Shown: positions 56,399-64,000 of the stretch, one piece after another
Layout: the number at the start of each line of letters is the position of its first letter
How positions within the stretch are numbered: the stretch's first letter is position 1
From: an uncultured Candidatus Saccharibacteria bacterium
GTDB lineage: Bacteria; Patescibacteriota; Minisyncoccia; Phycocordibacterales; UBA918
Length of the DNA: 64,000 bases
NCBI GenBank assembly: GCA_964399295.1
Contig: CAYNQD010000002.1
Span: forward strand, 27,859 to 91,858
Direction: 5' to 3'
Notes under the pieces: generated by a model
Database searches by the model: none
Seen by the model: the letters and a program-made list of their open reading frames with translations, nothing else
What the model was told of the DNA's origin: nothing
Position numbers and translations under genes: made by a program

Positions 56399-56470
56399 GC
56401 TCTCGTAGTTTAATGGATAAAATGCTGGTTTGCGGTACCAGCGCTCCAGGTTCGATTCCTGGCGAGAGCA
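56399..56470 (+). tRNA. tRNA with anticodon GCG (tRNA-Arg by anticodon, unusual)
   Basis: Manual fold: acceptor GCTCTCG/CGAGAGC, D-arm, anticodon stem CTGGT/ACCAG with loop TTGCGGT, T-arm CCAGG-TTCGATT-CCTGG. Confidence 0.5.
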
Positions 56471-56819
56471 CAACCAAGGCCGATGCCGGGAACCCCCATA
56501 TTCTGAGCCATATCTTAGGATTGCGAGTTTCCAAAATCGGTTCGATTCCTGGAGATATTTCAATAGATTTTTTTGGTGCGAAATTTTGTCTTGATCCAGA
56601 TTATAAGAAAATTTAGGTTGGTCAATTTTTCCCTCCAGAAACTCGCTCTTTTCTGTCTGGTAGTTTGATTTGTCCGGCCGGAGAAAATTTATTTCACTAA
56701 AAATAGCAATTTCTGAATACTAAGAGAACCATTTGTCATCTAGGTGTTTTGTGTGGTTATTTGTTTCCACTGTAAATTTTAAAGTAACTTAACTCCTAAT
56801 TAAATGCTATCATACACCC

Positions 56820-57155
56820 ATGACTCATTTAACAAAAAAATCCTGTGTGCCTTGCGAGGGCGGGGCGGTGGCTTTAGATAGGGTGGAAGTAGAAGGTTTT
56901 TTACCCATAGTGCCAAAGTGGCAGGTGGATGAAAAGTACCAAAAAATTTCTAGGACTTTAGCATTTGAAAATTGGAAGGCGGTGATGGCGGCGGTGAATC
57001 AAATTTCTGATTTGGCGGAAACTGAAAATCATCATCCCGATCTGCAAGTCTCTTATTCCAAATTGAAAATCGAGCTACAAACCCACGCCCTTGGCGGTTT
57101 GTCAGAAAATGATTTTATTTTGGCAGCGAAGATTGATGAGTTGGCAGCGAGGTAG
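56820..57155 (+). CDS. pterin-4a-carbinolamine dehydratase (PCD/DCoH)
   Basis: ETENHHPDL signature ([EDKH]-x(3)-H-[HN]-P motif). Confidence 0.8.
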   Translation: MTHLTKKSCVPCEGGAVALDRVEVEGFLPIVPKWQVDEKYQKISRTLAFENWKAVMAAVNQISDLAETENHHPDLQVSYSKLKIELQTHALGGLSENDFILAAKIDELAAR

Positions 57156-57195
57156 TATTTTTAGATGGTAAATAAATTTATAATAGCGAGTTTTT

Positions 57196-58491
57196 ATGAA
57201 AATAAATTTTCAAGATTCAGGTACTAAGATGCGGAAAGCGGCAAGTTCACTTCAGGCTTATCTTGAAAGGCTGAATGAGGTGCATGAGTTGAATAATTAT
57301 GAAGCCGCGGAGTCTTCCATCAATCTGCCATTTGATGAGATGTTGCTTAAAGAGGTGGAAAATTTGGCGGCAAAAAAAGTGACTTCCAAGCTGCGCTATA
57401 TTTTTGTGGTGGGGATTGGCGGGTCAAACCTTGGCACCAAAGCCGTTTACGACGCGTTGTATGGATACCGAGATTTGCTCCAGGAAAATCGTCCACAAAT
57501 GATTTTTGTTGATACCAACAACACCACTTTGCTAAATTTCTATAGCGAAAATCTGATTCCGTCGCTAGCTAGCGAGGAAGAATATTTGCTAATAACAATC
57601 AGCAAATCGGGCGGAACTACTGAAACCATAGTCAACACCGAGATTTTGCTTGATGCTCTCAGAGAGCGTTTTGGTGCGATTGAGGAAAGAACGGTGGTGA
57701 TTACGGATGAGGGTTCGGCATTTTGGCTAGGAGCGGAAAAAGCCCAAATCGCGCGTTTGTCTATACCAAAAATGGTTGGTGGTCGGTATTCGGTTTTTTC
57801 CGCAGTCGGGCTTTTTCCGCTCCTAGTTCTTGGATTTGACATCAAAGCTTTTCGTCAAGGAGCGGAAGATATGCTCAGGCATTGTATAAGCGCGGATTAT
57901 TCTGAAAATCAGGCTTTACTCAGTGCTTCGTTTTTGTATCTGGCTTATCTGGAAGGCAAAACCATCAACGATAATTTTATTTTCAACAGTGAACTGGAAT
58001 CGTTGGGTAAGTGGTATCGGCAGTTGTTGGGGGAGAGTATCGGCAAAGAGTATAATCTGGTTGGTGAGAAAGTGGCGGCAGGCATTACACCCACAGTATC
58101 AATTGGTTCTACTGATCTGCATTCGGTCGCGCAGCTGTACTTGGGCGGGCCAAAAGATAAAGTCACCACTTTTATTTATAGTCGTCCCGACAAAGATATT
58201 GACATACCTAACAATCGTGTGTTTGACAAAATTGCAGATATGATAGATGGTAAAACTACAAACAATATCATGGAGGCCATTTTGGGTGGTACAAAAATCG
58301 CCTACAAAAATAACCACCTACCTTTCATGGAAGTGGAACTGGAAGGAGTCACTCCTTATGAGCTGGGAGCTTTTATGCAGTTTAAAATGATTGAGGTCAT
58401 GTACTTGGGTAAATTGTTGGAACTGAATCCTTTTGACCAACCCAATGTTGAATCATATAAAGTTGAAACTAAGCGCTTGCTACAAGAATAA
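57196..58491 (+). CDS. pgi: glucose-6-phosphate isomerase
   Basis: SIS-domain motifs VVGIGGSNLGTKAV and ISKSGGTTETI, and C-terminal PGI region. Confidence 0.85.
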   Translation: MKINFQDSGTKMRKAASSLQAYLERLNEVHELNNYEAAESSINLPFDEMLLKEVENLAAKKVTSKLRYIFVVGIGGSNLGTKAVYDALYGYRDLLQENRPQMIFVDTNNTTLLNFYSENLIPSLASEEEYLLITISKSGGTTETIVNTEILLDALRERFGAIEERTVVITDEGSAFWLGAEKAQIARLSIPKMVGGRYSVFSAVGLFPLLVLGFDIKAFRQGAEDMLRHCISADYSENQALLSASFLYLAYLEGKTINDNFIFNSELESLGKWYRQLLGESIGKEYNLVGEKVAAGITPTVSIGSTDLHSVAQLYLGGPKDKVTTFIYSRPDKDIDIPNNRVFDKIADMIDGKTTNNIMEAILGGTKIAYKNNHLPFMEVELEGVTPYELGAFMQFKMIEVMYLGKLLELNPFDQPNVESYKVETKRLLQE

Positions 58492-58517
58492 TTGAAGCAT
58501 GATATCATACAGGGGAA

Positions 58518-58901
58518 ATGCGATTATTGGGAATTGATTACGGAAAGAAAAGAGTAGGCATATCTGTTACCGACGAACAGGGTATGATGGCTTTTCCGCA
58601 TGGTGTTATAAAAAACGACAGCCAACTTTTGCAGGAAATTGTCTCAATAATAAATGAAAAAAAAGTTACCAAGATAATTATTGGTTATTCTTTAGATAGA
58701 GAAGGCAAGCCAAATGAGATACACAGTGCCGCCGAAGAATTGATAACCGACCTAACCCTGGAAACCGGATTACCAATACACATGGAGCCAGAACAATACA
58801 CCACTCAAGCGGCGCTTAGAATTCAGGGTCGAAATGACATGACTGATGCTTCCGCTGCCACGATTATTTTAGAAAACTTTATCGCGCGTAGTAAAAATTA
58901 A
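58518..58901 (+). CDS. ruvX: Holliday junction resolvase-like RuvX/YqgF
   Basis: MRLLGIDYGKKRVGISVTD is the YqgF N-terminal motif. 127 aa. Confidence 0.85.
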   Translation: MRLLGIDYGKKRVGISVTDEQGMMAFPHGVIKNDSQLLQEIVSIINEKKVTKIIIGYSLDREGKPNEIHSAAEELITDLTLETGLPIHMEPEQYTTQAALRIQGRNDMTDASAATIILENFIARSKN

Positions 58902-58904
58902 AAT

Positions 58905-59237
58905 ATGGAATACATTACCTATAACGATTTTGCAAAATTAGAAATTAAAATTGGTACGATTGAAACGGTAGATATCGTGCCTGAGACCGACCGCTTGCTT
59001 AGGCTCATGGTTGATTTTGGTGAGGAAGACACTCGGCAAATTGTGTCCGGCATAAGAACTCATTTTGAAAATATTGAAGATTTGGTTGGTTTGCAGTGTG
59101 TGTTTGTTACCAATCTTGAACCGCGAGAAATTAAAGGTTTGATTAGTCACGGCATGATTTTGGCGGTTAGCACGGACGAAGCCTTTAGTCTGCTGGTTCC
59201 TCAAGTACCGATAGCTGTCGGAGCGAGAATCAAATAA
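58905..59237 (+). CDS. tRNA-binding protein (Trbp111/CsaA-like OB-fold)
   Basis: FAKLEIKIGTIETVDIVPETDRLLRLMVDFGEE..RQIVSGI is the Myf/EMAP-II-like tRNA-binding domain pattern. Confidence 0.75.
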   Translation: MEYITYNDFAKLEIKIGTIETVDIVPETDRLLRLMVDFGEEDTRQIVSGIRTHFENIEDLVGLQCVFVTNLEPREIKGLISHGMILAVSTDEAFSLLVPQVPIAVGARIK

Positions 59238-59241
59238 CTCC

Positions 59242-59847
59242 ATGTCAAACCTAGTACCGAGTGAGAAAATAAATGCCGAAATGAAGGAAGTAACCAAAGA
59301 GTCGACCGGCCTGCTTCGTTCTCGTTATGGATTGTGGTTTTTGGGACTGGTGTCTTTCGTGGAGTCCATGCTGCCAGTGCCGATTGTGACCGATCCCTTT
59401 ATGATGGCTTACATTATGTTGCATAGAAAACGAGTGGTGTTGGCAGTGGCGGTAACAATCATCACTTCTTTGTTGGGAGGTTTGGCTGCCTACATAATCG
59501 CGGCTTTTTTCATTGACGCGATTTTGAATTTTCTTTCAGCGGATGCCGTCGGAGAATTTAACAACATCAGAGATCAGTTTCAGGGCAGTTCTTTCATATT
59601 GGGTTTTCTGGGAGCAATTACTCCGATACCGTTCACGCTGGCGGCTATGGTGGCTGGTGCCATGAAGAGTAATATTTTGTTGTTTTCACTGGGCGTGATA
59701 ATCGGGCGGGGCATTCGCTACGGAATTGCCGCTTACCTAACCTACCATTACGGCGATGAAGCCATAAAAATTATTCATAAAAATATAAAACCAATCACGA
59801 TTACCGCTTTTGTGTTGGCGGCGGTTTATCTGTGGCTCATTATGTGA
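59242..59847 (+). CDS. YqaA/DedA-like (VTT-domain) membrane protein
   Basis: LGLVSFVESMLPVPIVTDPFMMAYIML and the TM pattern. Confidence 0.6.
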   Translation: MSNLVPSEKINAEMKEVTKESTGLLRSRYGLWFLGLVSFVESMLPVPIVTDPFMMAYIMLHRKRVVLAVAVTIITSLLGGLAAYIIAAFFIDAILNFLSADAVGEFNNIRDQFQGSSFILGFLGAITPIPFTLAAMVAGAMKSNILLFSLGVIIGRGIRYGIAAYLTYHYGDEAIKIIHKNIKPITITAFVLAAVYLWLIM

Positions 59848-59943
59848 GTTGTTGGGTTTTTTGTGTTCAAGGCAGCGTATAATAGGTGTATGAATGTTTT
59901 TTCCGTGTTAACTAAAATCTTTCCGCCGCCAAGTTTTTTGTCG

Positions 59944-60984
59944 ATGCCAAGCGTGGGGGTGGACATATCTGATACGTCAATGAAGTACGTTTCTTTTCAT
60001 CCTTCGCTGCGGCAAAATCGCTTTAAAGTCTTGGATAAATGGGGAAATATCGACATTCCAAAAGATGTTTTAGAAAGGGGAGAAATTATTGAACCCAAGG
60101 CCATGGTTGAAGCTTTGAAGAAATTTAAAGACAAAACCGGCGCAGAATATATCCGTGTCTCCTTGCCGGAGGAAAGGGCTTATATATTTGAAACTGAAAT
60201 CAAGCGAAACATTCCCGCCAAAGAAATACGTAGTTTGCTTGAATTTCGGCTGGAAGAAAATGTTCCTATCTCGGCGCGGGATGCTATTTTTGATTATGAA
60301 ATTTTGCCCAGTAGCAAAAGTGACAATCAAGCCCAGGTAGTGGTGTCGGCGTATCAAAGAGAGACCGTTCTAAAATACCACGACGTTTGTCGGGAGGCTG
60401 GCCTAACTCCGCTCTCTTTTGAAGTGGAAGGGCAGGCTATGGCGCGGGCGCTGGTACCCAATTCTTTTGACGGTGTGGTGATGTTGCTTGATTTTGGAAA
60501 AACCAGAACCGGAGTAGGGATTGTCAATCAAGGGCAACTTTTGTACACGTCAACGATTGATATTGGCGGTAAGCAACTGTCGCAAGTCTTGCGAAAGGCG
60601 TTGGGTGATTTGTCGGAAAATGAACTAATGGATTTAAAAAATACTTACGGACTAATTGGCGATTTGGACGACGCGAGAATTTACGAAGCACTTATTTCCA
60701 CGGTTTCGGTAATAAAAGATGAAATTGCTGTCAGGATGCAGTACTGGCATCAAAGAGACAAAAACCGCTCAGCCAGAAGAATAAAGAAAATTATCGTTTG
60801 TGGCGGTAGCGCAAATTTGCGCGGTCTGCCGGAGTACTTAACGGAAGCGTTGGGGGTCGGTTGTGTCAGAGGCAATGTCTGGGAGAATGCTTTTAACACC
60901 AAAATGCTAATTCCACCAATTGAAAAACGCTATTCATTCGGATACGCTACTGCCATTGGCTTGGCCCTAAAAAATACCATTTAG
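59944..60984 (+). CDS. pilM: type IV pilus assembly protein PilM (actin-like ATPase)
   Basis: VGVDISDTSMKYVSF N-terminal motif plus actin-like fold motifs (LLDFGKTRTGVGIV; IIVCGGSANLRGLPEYL). Start uncertain. ATG at 59944 chosen; a tataat sits at 59877. Confidence 0.65.
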   Translation: MPSVGVDISDTSMKYVSFHPSLRQNRFKVLDKWGNIDIPKDVLERGEIIEPKAMVEALKKFKDKTGAEYIRVSLPEERAYIFETEIKRNIPAKEIRSLLEFRLEENVPISARDAIFDYEILPSSKSDNQAQVVVSAYQRETVLKYHDVCREAGLTPLSFEVEGQAMARALVPNSFDGVVMLLDFGKTRTGVGIVNQGQLLYTSTIDIGGKQLSQVLRKALGDLSENELMDLKNTYGLIGDLDDARIYEALISTVSVIKDEIAVRMQYWHQRDKNRSARRIKKIIVCGGSANLRGLPEYLTEALGVGCVRGNVWENAFNTKMLIPPIEKRYSFGYATAIGLALKNTI

Positions 60985-60986
60985 TT

Positions 60987-61535
60987 ATGATAAATCTAAT
61001 TCCCGCCGCCGCCAAAAAGAAGATAGTTGCTGAGTATTGGGTCAGGGTGGTTTCGGTGTGGCTGTTTATTATCAGCATTATTCTTTTGGTAATTTCGTTG
61101 TTGTTATTGCCGGTTTATGTTTTGGTAAATTCTCACGTCGAGGCCTATGCGTCTGAAGCTAATGAAGCCATCGCCAAAGTAGCGGAATATGATTTATCGG
61201 CTTCGGTTTTGACTCTGGCCAATACTCAGGCGCAAATGTTGGTGGGGGCAGGGCAGATCAAGCAATTTTCCGAATTGGTCAAAACTTTAAATTCCCTGCA
61301 AGGCGAGGATATTATTATTACCGAACTTGATTTCAAAAGGTCAGGGTTAAAATTAGATACGGTTAATATAAAAGGAAACGCCGCAACCAGACAATCGCTT
61401 TCTGATTTTCGGGATGTGTTATTGCTGTTGCCTGAAGTATCGGAGGTGGATTTGCCTTTATCAAATTTGGCCAAAGATAAAGATATCTTATTTTCCCTAA
61501 TCGTGATTTTAAGTGACGGTGAAATTATTATATGA
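60987..61535 (+). CDS. pilN: type IV pilus assembly protein PilN
   Basis: MINLIP N-terminus, single TM, periplasmic coiled region. Follows pilM. Confidence 0.65.
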   Translation: MINLIPAAAKKKIVAEYWVRVVSVWLFIISIILLVISLLLLPVYVLVNSHVEAYASEANEAIAKVAEYDLSASVLTLANTQAQMLVGAGQIKQFSELVKTLNSLQGEDIIITELDFKRSGLKLDTVNIKGNAATRQSLSDFRDVLLLLPEVSEVDLPLSNLAKDKDILFSLIVILSDGEIII

Positions 61536-62047
61536 GTACAAAAACCAAAAACGTTTTCGTTATCGCTATCATTCTGATATTTTTTTCAGTGGGAATTTGT
61601 TCTTTTCTCTTGTATGAAATAAAAAAGCAGGGCTTGTTGCTTGAGGAGCAGGTGGCGATACTAAATGAAAACAACAACAAAGAAGCGGCTTTTCTAAACA
61701 TAAAGCGCACCGTACAGGAGACAGAGGCTGAGCGCCAAGAAATTGCCGGTAAGTTTTTTGTCACCGAAAATCACACCATCACTTTTCTAAATGAAATTGA
61801 CAAATTGGCTCTGGCTGGCGGATTTTCTATCGAGACAAAATCTCTGGATGAGGTTTTTAATTCGGAGAAGAAATTGGAATTTGTGAAGGTAAGTTTCGCC
61901 TATAGTGGTTTGAAGGAGAAGGTTTTAGATTTTACCGAATTGATGGAAAATATTCCTTATTATTCCTATGTTGAGTCGGTGTCATTTAAAAAAATATCCG
62001 ACAATAACTGGGAAGGTAAAATTACTATTTTAATAAGTGTTCAATAA
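61532..62047 (+). CDS. pilO: type IV pilus assembly protein PilO-like
   Basis: N-terminal TM, coiled coil, C-terminal domain. Overlaps the pilN stop (operon). Confidence 0.55.
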   Translation: MSTKTKNVFVIAIILIFFSVGICSFLLYEIKKQGLLLEEQVAILNENNNKEAAFLNIKRTVQETEAERQEIAGKFFVTENHTITFLNEIDKLALAGGFSIETKSLDEVFNSEKKLEFVKVSFAYSGLKEKVLDFTELMENIPYYSYVESVSFKKISDNNWEGKITILISVQ

Positions 62048-62049
62048 TT

Positions 62050-62517
62050 ATGATAGAAGAAAGTACAATTAAAAAAATGGTAAATATCATCAAGCGTCCG
62101 CACGGCAATAGTGTTTTTGATAATCAAATTATGCACATAGAAAGGGAGTGGTCGGCGGGAGTGATTTTCGGACTGTCACTTTTTTTGACGGGTATTTGGT
62201 GGAGCGTGGTTTCTTTTATGCAATACAGTTCGGTGGAAGTGGGGGGTAATGAAAATGCTGATGTTGACCGGGTGGTGTATCGGGCAAGCCTAGTGGAAAA
62301 GGCTTTAAGCGATTTTGAAAAAAAGGAGGAGATATATAAAAATCTGCATGGTAAGTTGACTTCTCAAAATTTTGTTCCAGCTGCCGCTACTGTCTCGCCA
62401 TTGATTGATTCACCAAACGAAAATCCGGAAACAGAAACAACCACCCTGTCCGCCCCCGAGCCAGCGGAACAGATCGAACTCGATGAAAGCGAAGCAATGC
62501 CGGAGCTGGCTGGGTAG
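62050..62517 (+). CDS. hypothetical membrane protein in the pilMNO operon (possible PilP-like accessory)
   Basis: Single TM, acidic C-terminal tail. Confidence 0.4.
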   Translation: MIEESTIKKMVNIIKRPHGNSVFDNQIMHIEREWSAGVIFGLSLFLTGIWWSVVSFMQYSSVEVGGNENADVDRVVYRASLVEKALSDFEKKEEIYKNLHGKLTSQNFVPAAATVSPLIDSPNENPETETTTLSAPEPAEQIELDESEAMPELAG

Positions 62518-62673
62518 GAGATAAAATAAAAAAATCAGCCAGGCTTTGATTTATCAAAGCCTATCTGGGAGTCAGTTATTTTGTGCGGGTTAAGGTGTCT
62601 CTTGGATTCACCTAAGGTCAATGAAGACAAACTCCAATCCATCAATTAAGGGAAAAATGGCAAGAAATTAGTA

Positions 62674-62748
62674 TGGTGTCCCCAGGAGGAATCGAACCCC
62701 CACCAAGAGCTTAGAAGTCTCCGGTTCTATCCATTAAACTATGGGGAC
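62674..62748 (-). tRNA. tRNA-Arg (anticodon TCT), CCA encoded
   Basis: Manual fold: acceptor GTCCCCA/TGGGGAC, anticodon loop CTTCTAA, T-loop TTCGATT. Confidence 0.75.
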
Positions 62749-62814
62749 ATAATTTGGACTTGGTTAGAATAGCAAAAAAAAGAGAAAGAGGGAATAGTGT
62801 GTTAAAATTATCCC

Positions 62815-63237
62815 ATGCAAAATTTAAATTTTTCAAAAATCATAACCGCGCCAAAAGAAAAAGTTTGGGCGACTATGCTTGAGGATGCGACTTATCGCGA
62901 ATGGACAGCTATTTTTAATCCGGGTTCATATTATGAAGGTGATTGGGAGCAGGGCAAGGCCATGAAATTCTTAGGTCCCGAGGGCGGCGGTATGTTTGCC
63001 GAAATTGTGGAAAACAGGCGGCATGAGGTTGTCTCCATTAAGCATTTGGGAATGATTGAAAATGGTGTCGAAAATCCATGGGAAGCCGAAGTGTATGAAA
63101 ACTACACCTTTACGGACAAAGATGGTGGTACGGAAGTAGTGGTTGATTTAATCAATATTCCAGACGAATACAAATCATATTTTGAAGAAACCTGGCCGCA
63201 GGCGCTTGATAAACTGAAGGAGATAGTGGAGCGGTAG
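62815..63237 (+). CDS. SRPBCC-superfamily protein (AHSA1/START-like)
   Basis: IITAPKEKVWATMLEDATYREWTAIFNPGSYYEGDWEQG is the Aha1-C/polyketide-cyclase-like pattern. Confidence 0.6.
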   Translation: MQNLNFSKIITAPKEKVWATMLEDATYREWTAIFNPGSYYEGDWEQGKAMKFLGPEGGGMFAEIVENRRHEVVSIKHLGMIENGVENPWEAEVYENYTFTDKDGGTEVVVDLINIPDEYKSYFEETWPQALDKLKEIVER

Positions 63238-63383
63238 AAGATTATATTAGGATATCTTTCAACTAAACACACCCATTTAAAATTGGGTGTGTTTTGTTAG
63301 AAAACGGAAAAACGCACCAGCTTTGGCGTTTCCTTTTGTACCAGTTAGTCTGCTATACCAATACAAAAATTTATCTGATTTTA

Positions 63384-63833
63384 TTATGCAATTTTCAAAA
63401 TATCTCCATTCAAAATGATTGGTTGCATGCCGAGCATTTCTTCTTTGTAAGCTGAGGTTGTTGGCATTTCATTTAGAATAAAAACTTTCTTCCCTGTTCC
63501 ATACGCATATCCCATTTCAAGAAAAGTATTACCACCAATATAATTTGGTATACCTTTCTTTTCATAATTTGTAATTAAAATACATTCGCTGTCGTCGATT
63601 TTTCTAAAGTGGGCATTGATAGCTTTTCCTTTCTTTCTCCAAACTTCATGATCTGGTGGAAAAGCGTCAACTCCACCATTTCTATCAAAGAAAGCTCCGA
63701 CTGAAGTGTCATCTCCTTTCGTTTCAAATTCTAATTCGGGAGCAATAACAGAATGACCCGCATTCTCTAGTTCTTTTTTAAGCGCGGTAAATTTTTCATA
63801 AAAAGCCATTGATGAACAGATGCATATTTTCAT
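63384..63833 (-). CDS. nucleoside 2-deoxyribosyltransferase-like (Rossmann/flavodoxin-like) protein
   Basis: ICICSSMAFYEK...ILITNYEKKG..NYIGGNTFLEMGYAYGTGKKVFILNE resembles nucleoside deoxyribosyltransferase / DNPH1-like superfamily members. Weak. Confidence 0.35.
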   Translation of the reverse strand: MKICICSSMAFYEKFTALKKELENAGHSVIAPELEFETKGDDTSVGAFFDRNGGVDAFPPDHEVWRKKGKAINAHFRKIDDSECILITNYEKKGIPNYIGGNTFLEMGYAYGTGKKVFILNEMPTTSAYKEEMLGMQPIILNGDILKIA

Positions 63834-63837
63834 AAAT

Positions 63838-64000
63838 TTATTTCAAAGATTTTATACTCATATTAAAAGATTGCTCGTTTGCTACTTCAAAAGTAATTTC
63901 TTTTTGCCATTTACTTTTGTTAAATTCAATCTTGACTCTCTCTGTGGCTATTGGCACTCGCTCATCATCTTTTGCAAAACAAACCAACAAGATTTTTGCT
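63838..64000 (-). CDS. partial CDS (C-terminal 53 codons) of an unknown protein continuing beyond the window end
   Basis: Open minus-strand frame ending ...NMSIKSLK* with the stop at 63838-63840, 4 nt upstream of the next gene start. Confidence 0.35.
   Translation of the reverse strand, partial: AKILLVCFAKDDERVPIATERVKIEFNKSKWQKEITFEVANEQSFNMSIKSLK

Noticed and set aside
56381-56616. Track ORFs 56381..56563(-) and 56413..56616(+)
   Set aside because: They overlap a well-folded tRNA (56399-56470) and a tRNA-fragment repeat. No coding signal.
1-64000. CRISPR arrays or cas genes
   Set aside because: No regularly spaced direct repeats were found. The repeated elements present are palindromic hairpins at scattered loci, not arrays.

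Overview
This 64-kb window is a gene-dense stretch of a small bacterial chromosome that spans the replication origin. The rpmH-rnpA-yidC block sits on the minus strand opposite dnaA-dnaN-DUF721(DciA-like) on the plus strand, with DnaA-box clusters on both sides of dnaA. The gene content (a short Gram-positive-type YidC, many lineage-specific secreted and membrane hypothetical proteins, type IV pilus genes, reduced metabolism) fits a reduced, possibly CPR/Patescibacteria-like, genome. The standard genetic code is used.

Housekeeping genes identified: xerC/D-family recombinase, rpsO, pnp, a DksA/TraR-like protein, YifB/ComM ATPase, a LysM-M23 peptidase, pcrA, rsmA, yidC, rnpA, rpmH, dnaA, dnaN, PBP1A, tyrS, ruvC-yebC-ruvB, pilB, tsaE, polA, a holA-like protein, an ion channel, a TrmH-family methyltransferase, Lnt-like protein, a Mur ligase, ruvA, a class IV aminotransferase, rpsT, a META-domain protein, a TrmB-family regulator, an SDR, a DUF2975-XRE pair, recQ, PCD/DCoH, pgi, ruvX, a Trbp111-like tRNA-binding protein, YqaA, pilM-pilN-pilO, an SRPBCC protein, and four tRNAs (Lys-TTT, Ser-TGA, Arg-TCT, and one with an unusual GCG anticodon).

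The most notable feature is a 12-kb co-directional cluster at 12362-24261, between rsmA and the origin. It carries the hallmarks of a type IV secretion system (T4SS)-like apparatus:
- a VirB4-like ATPase encoded as two adjacent ORFs (an N-terminal-domain ORF plus a Walker A/B ATPase ORF);
- a PrgI/VirB3-like small membrane protein directly upstream;
- a VirB6/TrbL-like polytopic membrane protein with a long C-terminal extension containing a coiled coil, a Gly/Ala-rich hydrophobic segment and a poly-proline tract;
- a VirB2/TrbC-topology pilin-like protein with an unusual 8-cysteine C-terminal domain;
- several large secreted or membrane-anchored proteins with no recognisable domains.
No relaxase, VirD4 coupling protein or integrase is present in this window.

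Other non-obvious signals:
- a family of three GC-rich palindromic elements with a conserved GGGCGG-containing core in unrelated intergenic regions;
- a promoter-plus-terminator-bounded structured locus with no ORF, a candidate ncRNA;
- a gene-decay zone containing a GNAT C-terminal remnant and a truncated methyltransferase;
- twin 27-bp-stem palindromic terminators sharing an identical core;
- a highly acidic 89-aa ORF;
- a 41-aa zinc-ribbon ORF missed by the ORF track;
- tRNA-associated partial duplications.
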